Source: Selaginella moellendorffii
Lineage: Eukaryota > Plantae > Lycopodiophyta
Assembly (NCBI RefSeq): GCF_000143415.4
Contig: NW_003314273.1
Span: 1,126,074 to 1,190,073 of the forward strand
Length of the DNA stretch: 64,000 bases
Direction: 5' to 3'
This document shows positions 45,101-59,580 of the stretch, one piece after another; the stretch's first letter is position 1; each line of letters opens with the position of its first letter. Position numbers and translations under genes: made by a program. The notes beneath the pieces were generated by a model. The model was not told the DNA's origin and made no database searches. It saw nothing but the letters and a program-made list of their open reading frames with translations.

Positions 45101-48100
45101 TATGATCTTGAATGGTCCTTCCTATTGATGTATCAATTTGCCTCCTATTTTGTTGACATTTCCTCTATACCATAGAACAAAATTTCCAACTTGAAATCTA
45201 TCAGTTTTCTTTATAATCTGTTTTCTATCATGATAAGCTTTTCTTCTTGCTTATATGGCTTCAATTGTCCATAAAGCATATAATCTTTCTTCATCTCACT
45301 TTTCAAACATAGCCAATCTTTTCTTGATTGATTCTTCTTGATTAATTTGCAGTTGAATTGCCATTCTCAAGGATGGTACAGTATATTCTAGTGGTGTCAA
45401 AGCTTCAAGTCCATAAGCTAATTTGAATGGAGTTAAATTTGTTGAAACTTTATATGCTGTTCTATAAGCCTAAAGAACATCATAAACTCTATTATCCCAA
45501 TCTTTAAGATTAGTTTGCACTATTTTCTTCAGTATGTTCTTGAGTGTTTTGTTTGTGGATTCGGCTTGGATATTGCCTTGTGGATAATATGGTGTAGATT
45601 TCTTATGTTTGATGAAGAATTCGTCTAGTAAAATCTTGATTGTTTCATTGAGGAAATGTGTTCTTCTATCAGTTACTATTTCTCGAAGTAATCCATATTT
45701 GTGATAATTATTTCATAAAGAAACTTAGCTGTATTCTTTGCTATCAATTTCTTAAGTGGTTGGGCTTCTGCCCATTTTGTCATATAATCTGTTGCCACCA
45801 AAATATATTGATTTCCATTGCTGCTCTTTTGTATGGGTCCTACAAAATCTAGGCCCCATCTTTGGAAAGGTTCCATTGCTATAGTTGGATTCAGTTCTTA
45901 TGTTTGTTTCTTGGGTGGAAATTGTGTACGCTGACAAATATCACAAGTTTGACAAAACTATGAAGTGTCTTTCCATAATATATGCCACCATAAGCCTGCT
46001 TGCAATATTTTTCTTGCTGTAATTTCTTTTACAAAATGCCCTCTAGAGCAACTTGCATGGGCTTCTCCTAGTAACTCATGTATCTCTTCTTGTGATCTAC
46101 ACATCTTCTTAATATATTATCATGTCCAATTCTATAAAGTTTTCCTCCAACGATTGAGTATCGTCGTGTCCTCAAGATGAATTATTCCCTTTGATCTTGT
46201 GTGGTACATGATGTGGGAACTTTTGTAATTAAAGATTTCTTGAAGTGTATCATGGGTGGTAATCTTAAAAAGATGTGAATCAAATAGGTCATTTTTGGGA
46301 TCCTGTATATTTTCCCCGATTGTAATTCTGTTGAGATGATCAACTTGTTTGTGGTATTTGCCAAGTTTGTGAACTATTTCGAAATTGAATTTTTGAAATA
46401 ACAAAAACCATCTTGCTATTTCTCCGCTAAGGATGGGTTTGTTGAGTAGATGAATCAATGCTTGATAATCGACGAATATTTGACTTTGTTGGAAAGTAAA
46501 TAGTGTCGGAATTTGGTTAAGGCATATATCATGCCTAAGACTTCTTTCTCTGTAGTTGTATAATTCATTTCGGGTGCCCAAAAGTGGAGCCAAGAGGGTG
46601 CCATATAGTAGTGACTCATAATATATGGGGTGATCACGATGATCATCTTTTCTTTGGCAGAGAATTGGTCCTAGCGCATAGTCAGAGACATTAACTTGTA
46701 CGAGAAATTCTTGAGTCTAGTTTGGTTGGACAAGAATTGGTGTATGTGTAAGTTTATCTTTGAGTATCAAGAATGCTTGCTGATATTATTGAGTCCAGTG
46801 ATAGAATTTGTCTTTCTTGAGTAAATCAGTTAATGGTTTAGCTACTTTGGCATAGTCCTTAATAAATCTTCTATGGTAACCCATCTTGCCTAGAAAACTT
46901 CACAAACTTTTGAGATCATTAGGTGGTTGCATTTTCATAATGACGTTGGCTTTAGCTTTATCAATTTGAATGCCTTGAGTGGAAACAATGTGGCCAAGTA
47001 GTATTCCTGATTTAACAAAGAAAGTACATTTTTCAGGATTAAGAGCAACTTGGTTTTGTCTACATTTGAATATTTCTCGAGGTATTCAAGGTGTTTGTTT
47101 TTAGGTCCAAAGACACTAAAGTCATCCATAAAGACTCGCATGAAATCTGTGAGATAATCTTGGAAAGTATTAGTAATGATCCATTGAAAGGTAAATGGGG
47201 TATTGGTTAATCCAAATGGCATTCGCATGTATGCATATGCTCCCCAGAGACTTATGAATGCTATTTTATGTTGACCTTCGACAGCTATGTGTACTTGATT
47301 GTAACATGAAAAACCATCAAGAAATGAGTACATCTTATGACTGGTTATGGCATCGAGTATTTCATCTAAAAATAGGATGGGAAAGTCATCTTTCGTAGTG
47401 GCATCATTTAACTTCTTGTAGTTCACACAAATGCGTAATTTCCTATTTTTCTTGGGTACAATCACTAAAGGTGATAGCCATAGGGCATTTTGTATTAGAT
47501 ATATAAATCTTGTTTCAAGAAGTTTGTTGATTTTAGCTTTTACTTTTTTAGCGAACATGGGATTCATCTAGTAAGTAGTTTATTTAATGGGTCAAATGCC
47601 TGGAAGTAATTCAATCCGGTGTGTACATAAATCAGGTGGTATATCTTTGAGGTCTTTATATGACCAAGAAAAGACATCTTTATACTTAGTAAGGAGTGCA
47701 ATAGCATCAAGTTTAGAAGGTTTAACAAGTTGTGTAGCTATTAAGATGTTTTGTGGGTTTGAGGGAATCCATAGATTTAATTCTTCAATGTCTTCATTAA
47801 TATTTACGCGAAGTTTGAATTCTTGATTTTCAATGGTGAGAGCTGGTTCGTCTTGTATATCTAAGTGATATTCTGTAGTTTGTAGTTGTTCTGGTTGTAT
47901 TTCTGGTCTTGCTTTTTATATGGTGGTTTTTGTTGTATTTATCTTCTTTAAATTTGGTTCTTTTGAATTTTTATAATCTTAACACATGGATATAAGAAGT
48001 ATTCTGTTGAGGTCAATTTCTTGGATTGTTTTAAGTTCAAGATATACTTCAAATAATTTAGCTTCTTCAAGATCGTCTAATCCTTCTTGCCAATTGTACT

Positions 48101-49400
48101 CTTGAATTGTGTTGGTCAGAAACTTCTTGAGATTTTCTTGCTTGTCAATATTGATATTTTAGTTTGTCCTTTTTGGGATTGTATGCATATCTCATATTCC
48201 ATCCAATATTGTGCAAAAACAGCTTTGTTAAGCCAAAGTCTGCCTAACAAGATTTTGTAAGAAGATTCTTCAATTGGCATTTTTAACACAACAACGTTAA
48301 CTTTAAATTTATGTCCTTCGACTGTCATAGAGACATCACATATAATGCCTGCTAGTCTAACAACTCTTTGATCAGCCATGTGTACATTGAATAGTGTAGT
48401 TTGTATATTGCCTAGTCCTAAAGCTTTGCATAGTGCATATTTGATGATATTAACCCTAGAACCTCCATCAAGAATAGCTCTTTTAATATGATTTTTGCCG
48501 ATGTGTACGTTGATACAAGGTACATTATCATCATAATCACTGGGTTGGATTCTTTTAATATGTTCTTGTTGTGTTGATTGAGATTGGTGTTTTTCTTGTG
48601 TGCAAGCTTTAGGGATCCTTCGATTACATATCTTTAAGATTTGGTTTTTCATATATGGTGCTATTTGCAGTATTTGTTGTAGGGTTAAAGTAATTCCTTG
48701 CTGTAGTATGTGCTCAGCAATGGTTATATGCTCATCTTGAGTAAAGTTTAATACTTGAGTTTGGTCGTCTTGATTGTATATTTGATCATTAATAATTTTG
48801 GGATTTTTGTTTTGAAGCTCTTGTTGAATGGTTTTAAGTATTTTCTTACTCTTTTTCCATTCTGTATTTTTTATTTTTAATGCTTGATCACTTTCATCTT
48901 GTTCTTCATAATTATCAGGTTGTTGACATTCATATTGTGTTCTTGTGATTGCCAAGACTTTTGATTGTTCTTCATCTTTTACATCAACTTCTACTTGAAC
49001 TACTCATGCTGCTAGTGGTCTTTCAGTAGGAGATTGATTGACTCTTTGGTTTTGTGGATTGTATTATTGTTTAGTTTGATTTACTTGTGGTTGATTTTGT
49101 CTTGGTTAATAATTTTGTTACGATGTTTAATTGTTGTAATTGTTATATTGCCTTTGTTGGCTTTGGTTGTAGTTGTTCCCTTGTGGACGTTGATAATTGT
49201 TTAGTTGTCCATTGTATCATTGTCAGTTATAATTGCCTCTATAATTATTTTATCCTTGACTATAGATTTGATTTCGTGGGGGATTATATCCACGATTATA
49301 TCCTTGATTATATTGTTGATTATCTTGGTAATAATAGTTTGTTGGTAATCTTTATTCGTGGTTGTTGTTTCCTTGATAATTTTGTCGTGGTGGTCCTCGT
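42196..49400 (-). mobile_element. Decayed non-chromovirus Gypsy (Athila/Tat-like) with an extra ORF 3' of pol
   Basis: ILDGGS protease (48116-48955), FLDGFS..MPFGL..FMDDF RT (46935-47567), RNase H (46300-46700), RWGLDFVGP integrase (45100-46100). Extra disrupted ORF at 44515 to 42710. Confidence 0.82.
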
Positions 49401-49404
49401 TGAC

Positions 49405-49867
49405 CATTTTTCGAGTCTTAAAGGCTGTCTTCTCCACATCCTGATCTACCACCTGTATCTGATGATACCCGAACCGCAAATCAAGTCACATAAAATACTT
49501 AGCCTTTAAGAGTTGGTCAAATAAGTCATCAATGCGAGGCAAAGGATAACTATTTTTAACCGTGATTTTGTTGAGTGCCCAATAGTCGATACACATCCTC
49601 ATGATTCCATCCTTTTTCATAACAAAGTGCTCCATAAGGCAACTTGCTTGGTCGAATATGACCTTTGTCAAAAAGCTCCGTGAGTTGCTTCTTGAGTTCA
49701 GCCATCTCCTTGATATTTAAACAATATAGAGCTTTTGTACGTGGTTTAGAACCCGGAATGACCTCAATCTGATGACCAACCTCACTGCTAGGAGGTAGCC
49801 CTGGTGGCAAATCCTTCGGAAAGATATCCTGATTCTTCGCCAACAACTCTAATATCTTCCTTGGCAA
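49405..49867 (-). mobile_element. Family-H RT fragment, inverted relative to 41920-42195
   Basis: [36 protein letters not shown]. Confidence 0.8.
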
Positions 49868-50487
49868 CCTACCTACTATCCCTACTATACATTTGGAACC
49901 CCCCACAGCCGCCCCCCCCGCCCCCCCTTTGAGGAACACATGCTTTGGGCTTTCACCCCAAGCCTCCTTTAGTATCAGGAGTTAGTCTCTGGGACAAGCT
50001 CAAAACTTACTAAATATGGAATGGCGCTAGATTGCGAATTTGGACATGGGACGAACACCATTGTGTTCAGACCAATCTCTACACTCCGTAAATATGCCAA
50101 ATGAGCAAATCTAGACATTTTCCATGAATAGCATTTGGGACCGAAATAAAGGGCATGATAGCGAAGGTGTTTGGCAGACACGATAAGCTATCATCTAACA
50201 ATATTGAGGGACCAATCTCAATACACAAGGGTTCTTGTCAAGCCATTGCAAGACAGAGCAAAAGAGAACTAACAAGCCAGGCCAAGTATGCTCAGCTAAA
50301 TAGACACTTAGGAATTCCTTCCTTATGCTCATCCAGCCAAGTACAGATGCTAAGTCCAATTTACTATTACTTGAACAAGAGGGGCCAATAAAGGAAACTA
50401 GCAATATCGATCTCCTGCCATCGTGGGAGTAAGGAAAGAGTGTCTGTAAAGACTGGCCGATAGGTAACTTTCGATACCCAAAGTCAC

Positions 50488-52633
50488 ATTCGAGACAAAT
50501 GGCCAAGCAGAGTTCAACAACAAGATATTAAATACAGTCATCTCAAAGCTTGTGGAGGATCACCCAAGGCGTTGGCACGAACACTTGGTTACAGTGTTGT
50601 GGGCCTTTCGGATGTCCTTCAAGACATCAATCTCTGCAACCCCATTCTCCCTTGTCTATGGGACAGAAGGCGTGCTTCCAGTGGAGATCCAGATGCCATC
50701 ACTCTCACTTTCACTTCGATATGTAGCAGCGATGCAGCTTAGTGATGAGGACAAGCTTCATGCACGTGACTTGGAGGTTCTTGCCTTGGAGGAACAGCGA
50801 CGATCCACGACTGAACATCTCCTTCGAGGCAAGCAGAAGATCAAGTCAGTCATCGATCACCAGCATTCTGCCGAACCATTCGAGAATAGCGATCTCGTTC
50901 TACTCAAGGAGTTTACGCCACTTTCGAAGTTCTCCCCTCACTGGACTAGCCCCTACTTTGTCCAGCGACATATCGGAGGTAGAGCATATGTGCTAGTTGA
51001 TGCTGATGGATGTGAGCTCCCACACGCTCACAACCACTCTCATCTCAAACGCTTCGTCCGGTGAGGTGTTCCTTTTCTCTTCTTTTTTCTTTTTCTTTTT
51101 CTTCCTTTCTTTCACTTTACTTTCATGGCTACTTTTCTTACTTTTAGAGGGTGTTTCTCCATTGGACCGTGGCCTATGCCTTCAATTTCACGCTTAGACT
51201 GCATTGCCGTTTGTATGGAGGTCCCTCACTTGGCTCGGTCTATGTTCTAGGTTCTTTGGCCCTTCCCTTACCATTACTACACTCTACACATTCCCCTCAC
51301 TCATTCCATATCATCTACACTCACAATTCCATCACTAATCACTTTCAGCAGCGTTATCTCTAGATGCCCAACTTGCATTTTTCATTCTTTCACCATCATT
51401 CACATCTCCGTTTGAGGTCACATTTACACCATACCACGGACACACATACGTGCACCAGCAGCAAATGACACCTCCTCATTTGGATGTGCCATTTCCGAGA
51501 TATCCTTACGACCATTTGCCGACGACGCACTAGCTTTTCTGGAGCAACTTTCTTCCAACCAAGTGAACCTATTCACTCAAGGCACCTAGGTGAATCTTTA
51601 GGTGAGGCCACAGAAGCCAAAGCCACTTTCTTCTGCTCTAGCACTCAGTGGACACATGCCACCTCTCTTTACTGGCAAGCCAGCAACTATGCTGTCCTTT
51701 TCAGCTGCTGACTTCTTCAGTCTGACACATCAGACTGGCCCCCTTCTCAGAGTGCCACCACCATCTCGGCGCTCCACCATATCACTCCATCATATCAGCA
51801 CTGGAGTAGGTGCAGGAGTAGGAGCGAGAGTAGGTGGTTACTGGTTACAGGTTACAGGTCCCCAATTATTGGTTATTGGTAACCAGTTACCAGCTGCTCT
51901 GAGCGGTCAGCGCTTACTCTACAGGCCAACGGTTATCAATGGCCACCTTTTCAGAGTGCCACCATCATCTCGGCGCTCCACCATATCACTCCATCTTTCA
52001 TCATTTCCACACTTACCACCCTTGGGTAACGCATCCCCTCTTCTACCTCTCTTTCTTTCTCGATTTTGGCCAATCCTTAGAGCATACCGAAAATCATCAA
52101 GAGGCTACATTTGCAAATTACACTTTCCTGAGCTGAAATCTAGGTACGGGTTAAGTTCTTTGGGTGCTCACTCTTTTTCCTTTATTTTCCTCCTCTATTC
52201 ACACTTTTTCTACACTTTTTCTTCAACTTCAGAGTCCAATTTGACTATAGGGTTTCCCACTCGGTTTTCCTCCCTATCTCCAAACTTCACACCTACCTCT
52301 TTTCTTTCTTTTCCACTTTGTTTTCTAGAGTTTCTACTATTTCACGCAGCTATCAGCACTTGGCATCAGTAGCAGAGGTACACTCTACACTCTTTGGAGG
52401 GTTCTTGCGCATCTAGAGCCAGCGCGATCCACTGTGGTCACATGTTAGGGCGTGGCCATTGAGAGAGTGAGAGAGCAAAGGGAATATTCTGACCCTCAGA
52501 ATATTCCCTATCTTCCTTGTATAAAACCCTTGCCCCACAAGGGCAGGGGGGGGGGGGCATTTTTGCGAAGAGCATTGAAGCATTTCTCGTGTTTCAGTGA
52601 GCGTTGGGGGAGGTGCCCCTCCTTTCCCGAACA
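50488..52633 (+). mobile_element. Family-E integrase 3' half and 3' non-coding region
   Basis: 50490-51050 is a close copy of 32465-33018. Confidence 0.75.
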
Positions 52634-54181
52634 GTAGTGGCTGAAGCGAAAGCCAACCGAATGTAACACGTTTGGACTAAAAGCTCCGACTTAAAAAGTC
52701 GAGAGTGGGAGTGGAACTCCCAACGAAGTGCTCGAGGAACAAGCATGATGCGAGCAATGAGTGTGTCTCTAGAAAAGGGACACAAGAGGACCAAAATATG
52801 ACATGTGGAGGAGTTCGAGATGGACCCGAGATGGAGTCTGAGATGGACCCGAGATGGAGTCTGAGATGGACCCGAGATAGAGTCCAAGATGGAGTACGAG
52901 ATGGACCCGAGATGGAGTCCGAGATGGACCCGAGATGGAGTCTAAGATGGAGTCTAAGATGGAGTCCGAGATGGACCGGACATGGGGTCCGACATGGAGT
53001 TGGACAGGGACCCGAGATGGAGTCTGAGATGGAGTCCAAGATGGAGTTCGAGATGGACCCGAGATGGAGTCCGAGATGGAACCGGGACCAAGACCGAGAC
53101 CTAGCCCGGGCCCGAGGCCGGGTCTGAGTCCGAGTCCAAGTCGGAGTTTAAGTCGGAATATTAATACAGGCAGTTGGGTGAAAGCCCAAAGCAATCATCC
53201 CCCAGGGGGGTGGGGGGGGGGGGGGCTGTGGGGGGTTCCAAAAGTATAGTAAGGAGAGTGTGGGGGTTGGAGCCCAGTGGAGCCAGTTTGGCTAGGAAAG
53301 GCCAGTTTGGCCCAGGAAGGCTATACCTAGTGTTGGGTGATGAGCTAACCACTAAGAAGTCCAAGACTAGAGTGAATACGGACTGACAAGCGGGGTAGCT
53401 TGGTGAAGTGTTCAAGAGCCGGCTCTAGTTCCCTCGGGAGATCGAATGGTCAATGCTCCCAGTCCAAGTGTCGGTGGTGCTACCTACTTGGATACCAAGC
53501 GTGGCTCAACGGAACCTCGCTCTAAGCCCATGGCTAGAGCACCCAAAGGCGGAAGGTGGGGAGAGCATCTAGGAGGCCCGCGTAGGGCCACGGTGTTCCG
53601 AAATGTTGTCCCAATGTCCCAAACTGTGGAAAGGAAGAAGAGTAGCCCTTTGGTGCAGTGACCAACGACACAGTCACATGGTGAGGAAGTCCCAGAGGAC
53701 CATAGGACTTAGTGGTCGGGTTTGTGGGCCTTGATCTAGTGGGCGAGCACAGGCATGGACAGAAAGGGACTTGGTGAGGACCGGAAAGGAGATATTGGGG
53801 AAGGCTATTCCCCATGTCTGCAGGCATCCTAAGGATGCTAAAGAATGGATCTGGGATGACCACTCATGGACGGAGAGCCCAATCTTGGAGAGACGGTATT
53901 GCAATGCAGGTGGTGTTGGGCCACCGATGTGACCAAGGTGAATAGACATGGCCTAGCATAACGGGTTGGTATGTTGATGGTACCTTAGGGTGTCAATCAT
54001 GGGATCGGACACATAGAGCACTTAAACCAAGTGCAAAGATTGAGTGGCATGGATGCCATTCTTGGGGTTGGCAAGCCCCAAGTCCGAAATTGGACTTATG
54101 GAGGTTGTGAATGAGACTCCTCCAAGTGGTCGAAGGTATAGTTAAGTGACTAAAGTAAAATGGAAAATTTAGTCGCTTATA
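52634..54181 (+). mobile_element. Family-A LTR, 5'-truncated
   Basis: Colinear with 29648-31234. Confidence 0.85.
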
Positions 54182-54664
54182 GGTGGTTGGGTGGTGAGGA
54201 ATCTCAAGAGGTGGCATAGCATAGTCTAGGGCAACTAGATCTCTGTCTTTTTGCACCGGATCATAACACATGTCCTTGCGTTAGGCCACCAATATATCGA
54301 AATAGCGTAAGACTCTATTTGGCTCTGTTTTGCATGTTATTCTTGGCATTGGAATGCTGGTTACCCTAGGATTGTTCCAAGTTGCTCTGGGCTCATGTCC
54401 CTTCGCTCCTTGGGCTGTACGCTCAGGAGTTGCTCCATGGTCTGGTTCTATCACTCCTTGGCTCCATGCTTGGGAGTTTGGCACCGTTCTTTCATTCAGT
54501 GGCCCAAGGCCCTGGACCTTGGGTTCCACACCACTATCCTATGGACACATGGCATGTGACACGTGGCATATGACATGTGGCACATGGAGGGTTTATGTTC
54601 CGCTTCGTGGTGTTATCCTATGGTAAATCACCATAGGATAAAGGGTAAAAACCATGTGCGCTAC

Positions 54665-55350
54665 AGCCACTCACGCTTGGATTAGGAGTATTGATCATGC
54701 AATCTCCCATGGGAGCTAGAGCCAGCTTTTGAACACTTCACCAAGCTACCCCGCTTGTTTATCTGTATTCACTCTAGCTTTGGACTCCTCAATGGATATA
54801 TCATCACCCAACACGTAAGCATAGCTTTTCTGGGTCACACTGGCTTTTCCTAGCCAAACTAGCTCAATTGAGGTCTAGCCACCCACACTCTCCCTACTAT
54901 ACTTTTGGAACCCCCTACAACCCCCACCCCCCCCCACCCTTGAGGGATGATCACTTCGGGCTTTCACCCAACAGCATGTACTAGTATTCGGACTCGGACT
55001 TGGACTTGGTCTTGGTCTCGGTCTCTGTTTCAGTCTCGATCTCGATCTCATCTTGGACTCCATCTTGGACTCCATCTCAGATTTCATCTCAGACTTCATC
55101 TTAAACTCCATCTCAAACTCCATCTCGGGTCCATCTCAAGTCTATCTCAAACTCCATCTCAAGTATATTTTGGACTCCATCTTGGGTCCATCTCAGACTC
55201 CATCTCAACACTTCCATGTGTCATATATTGGTCCTCTTGTGTGCCTTTTCTAGGTCTCACTTATTACTCTCTTCATACTCGTTCCTTGAGCACTTTGTTA
55301 AGAGTTTTAATCCAAATGTGTTGTTTGGCTTTTGCTTTGGCCACTACCTA
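54665..55350 (-). mobile_element. Family-A LTR fragment
   Basis: Reverse complement of the 5' half of LTR A, with a decayed 12-mer array. Confidence 0.7.
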
Positions 55351-58300
55351 TAGCACATCTTATCTCTCTCCTATTAAGCCAACTCTAAAGGGGCAATTGC
55401 TTGATGAGAGAGCCCTTAATGACTATTTTATCCCCATTTATTTCCTAAGGTTCCAAAGATCCACAATGACAGTATATTCAAATCTCATCCCATGATCACA
55501 TGTGCTACACTCACCCACCTTCAGAGATGTCAATGTCCTCATTGACTATTGACTAACAACCTCTACTGAGCTAAGGGGAACCAACACTTCCATTTCCACA
55601 CTAAATTTATTAATTCTTCCATTGTATAGATTAGCTATTCCATGTGAGGCAATTAGTTATCCACTCGTACTGCACTCCTATAGTGGATACTTTCGTTTAT
55701 GGATGCTCCACCAAGAGGAAGGACATACACAAAGATGCACAATATGTACAATTTCAAATTTTAGGGGTAGGAATATACCTTGCTCAAGGGTATATTATAT
55801 TTTTAAGTAACCATTAATCAATGGGAATCGAACCCATGCCATTTGTTTTGATACCACATGTAACGCATCTCATTTTTCTCCCTTTAAGCCAACTGAGAAA
55901 GGGGTAATTGCTTGATGAGAGAGCCTTTAGTGGCTATTTTATCCCCATTTATCTCCCAAAGTTCCAAGGATTTACAGTAACAGTATATCTAAATCTTATC
56001 CCATAATCACATGCACTACACTACCACATGGCATCCTTTTGGCTCCACTTTTTAGGGCTTTGGGATTTGTGTCTCACAACTCCACCACTTATAGACGAAG
56101 CTCGATATCCTCATCAAAATATAAACCATTTTATAAACTAACACCAACGTGTATTACCCTTTTCATCCTTGACACCCAACTAATATTCGTCAATGGCTTG
56201 ACACCGAAGGCTCACCATACCTTATCCATCCTCTAAAGAGCATAGTCTCTCCAACTTAAAGATTCATTAGACCACTTATGATGGTCCTTCCTATTTTATT
56301 CGTTTAGTTTATGCTAAATGTATTAGACACATTGTCTTTATTTCAATTTGACTACTTATTCAAGAGTAGCCTCGGCCTCTACTAGCATAACTATTGCATT
56401 TTGGAACTTTTAATTTTGACTTCTCAAAATCAATTTCCTAGATGTCTTCGACACCCTGTATTGCACGTGTTGTGCAAACTCCACTTCCCCATTCTAGGAA
56501 GTTCTTTATTTGAGGGCACTATCATCCTCTTTTCTATTTCAAGCCACTTTGTGCACTAAGTTCTATTTTTCTATAATTTGTGTTAGGGTTGTTTATGGTC
56601 CTATCATTTGGCTACCTTGCCACTCCCTCCCTTCGAGTTTTCACTTTTGCCAAATTGGAATATTTAGGAATCCATCTTTGAAAACATATTCTCTTTCCCA
56701 CAATCCGTTAGCATCCCATACATAAGTTTTCTTTGCTTAACTTTATTGGTTGGATTTCTATTGTCCAAACTTGGCTATTAGTCTTTTGTTCTTATCTGTT
56801 GATTGTTGCACTAAACAATATAAAATCACTACTTTCATGCTCAAGGTATCTTTTTGGCTCCATGGCAAAAGCTTTGCTTTGCCAAGTCCAAAAGGTATTC
56901 ACCCTCAGTAGGTCTTCTTAACATTTTCTACTATAGGCTCTATATATGGCCCAACCTAGCGACCCATCTACGAGTCTCTTTCCTACACTCACAATACCAT
57001 TATATTGTCATAATTTATTTCCTTTAGGTGTCTTTCTCACTTTGTCACTTCGACTAAGCCACACCATTATTAATAGTTCAAATTAACACTTTGAACTAGG
57101 AATTTTATTTCCTAACTTCACAAGGACCTTATCCTAATTTATAATGTAATATATAAATTACAATATAGTATATATATGTATTACTATAACATGGGATTAA
57201 ATCTGATCCATCCATTTTTGTATATAAATAAGAATCTAAAACCCAATTAATATATATCTAACCTTAACACTTTAGTAGGTTTGCCAATACGTACTAGGTT
57301 TTCCAAACCTTTAAATTGTTGATCATGACCCTGGGAGCATCCCCCACATTTGGCAGTTTGCCCACGCTAGCCCTTCTGGCCAAAGGTCCATAACAACTAA
57401 GATTAGGTGTCCCCATCTCATTCACCATGTCCTTGGTGGCACTTGCACTAAAGTGTTCAAGTTAGATACACTGACTTTTCACACTAAGAAATATAATTGT
57501 GCATCACGACTCCGGGGCATCCCCCGCTTAGCAGTGTGCCCAAGCTAGTTTCCTCATTGAAAGTCCATGACCAACAAAAAATGAATGTCCTCATATTTCA
57601 AACCACACTATGCCTTAGTGAGTTGGGACTCAAACTTAAACACTAGAGGGTTGGGACTCGAACTTAACCTCCGCATATGCATTTATGGAAGGCATCATTC
57701 AGGATGCCTAGCATAACTCCCCACGCCGGTGCACCAACTTATATTTAAAATGCACTACGGATCATAGATTAGAAATCTAGTTCCTCTAAACTACCAAGTC
57801 CTTTCATTTGACAAGTTTGTGATCATGTATAAACTCCTTCATGCTTGGCCCCATGGGCCACCCCTTTTGAAGTCAACACCTTTAACTAGGGTCTTTGTTC
57901 CCCCAATTTGCCAATCTAGATTAGCAAGTCACCCGACTAGCGTAATAAGGTTTCATGCATAAGCGTGAAAGTCCTTAATCATCGATTTTTGTTCAATGCC
58001 ATCTCTTTGAACCCTCAGTGACTACTTCTTCAACCTTGATACCCTCACCTCATGAAAAGCTTCAAGACCACACTTTTACTATGCCATTCTGATTTTGTGC
58101 ATTTCATGAACAATTTACACTTGTCTTTCTAGATTCAAATCTATTTAAAATTGTCTTTAGGAATTTTGAAGGGACTCTGTTCCTTAGCTTGCTAAGGCCT
58201 TTTATTTTACAAGCTTTCTAGCCATATGGTCTAACATGAACAATCCCATACTTGAGACTCTCCATGGCATCATGGCTGTTAATAGCAACATGTTCAAACA

Positions 58301-59087
58301 CTTACTTGATTCTTCATTCTCAATTTGCATAACCACCCTTGGTTATGCCTTTTAATTTTTATGGTTTGGTTCTATCCCTTCCCTACTTGCTTGTGGCCTT
58401 ACGCCTTCCCTTTAGTTATTCTTCTCCTGTGTAGGAGAGTAATTTTGCACTTTCTACCATGCCTTAGCAAATATTTTTAGGGATGAATCTATTTAATAAC
58501 TTAGGGAGTGGTTCTTCAATCCGAATATTGTTACTGTGTAATGTGACACACTAAGATTAACGTTATTACATATGGGCCTCTTTATGCCCATTGTTAACCA
58601 TGCCAAAATTACTTTTTGGCTTTGTCTAATTCAGATAAATAGACTTCCCCTTTCTCCACAACCTTGGACATTAGAGAACACCTCCTATCCATTATTCGCT
58701 AGGACTTAGTCCCTTAGGCCTTATGTAATGCTCTTATGATACTAAACACCACTTCCTGGTATTTTAGAGTATTTAGGTATCCCAATGATAACCATTTTTG
58801 ACAATGAGCATTTGCATTTCTCTTTTCAACATTGACTTACTATATCTCAATTTAAGCAATTTATCCCCCGAAGGGATATATTTAACCTTTTTATCTCAAT
58901 AAAAAGTTTTGGCTAGTTAACTTCTACCCATCTAATCAATTATTTTGCACCTTTTGCTTAATTGTCTCATAGTTGTCAAGTGTTACAACTCATTGCTAGT
59001 GCTTCTACACCTCTATCATTATTTGGGTTAGAAAGATATACCTATAAGAGCTCTATATGCGTTCTCTACAGTTGAATGCTTTCGAGA

Positions 59088-59580
59088 TTATCTCATGTTA
59101 CAACACTGAGCATCACCTTTTTGCATCTTGTCCCACATATACAACATCTGGCATAGCAATTGATAATATGCCATGTAGTAATCTTCGACACAACCCCATT
59201 GACAAAACTTGAGATTGTGGATGTAGTGAACTGCCTATGCAAGATTGAACTAGACAACCCACATTCCCATGCTCATGTCTTCCATCTTGAACAGCTGAAA
59301 GAGGAGAAGAGCATATATAAAATAAGTAATCTCCTCATAATACGAAATCAAAGTGTCCTTACTCTCAGTGTGTGGTTGTTTTGCTGTTGTAAGATGAACT
59401 CTGCGATGTCTAACAAGATGGTGTACCCCGGGCCATTAGCGTAAGGAGGATACTCTTCCACTCTTGTGAACTCTCTCAATAAGCAACGACAAAGAGGAAG
59501 AAACAAAGATTTAGCTTGTAAGTTACAACCCATTTGCCTTCTCTCAATGGTCTGTGAAATTGGTTGTTCAACATACCAAT
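59088..59580 (-). pseudogene. GALT: 3' exons of a GT31 hydroxyproline O-galactosyltransferase (GALT2-6 type) pseudogene
   Basis: HRPLREGKWVVTY | EEYPPYANGPGY..DIAEFI | [40 protein letters not shown]. Intron 59295-59362 is intact. Two TAG stops in the last exon. Confidence 0.9.
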
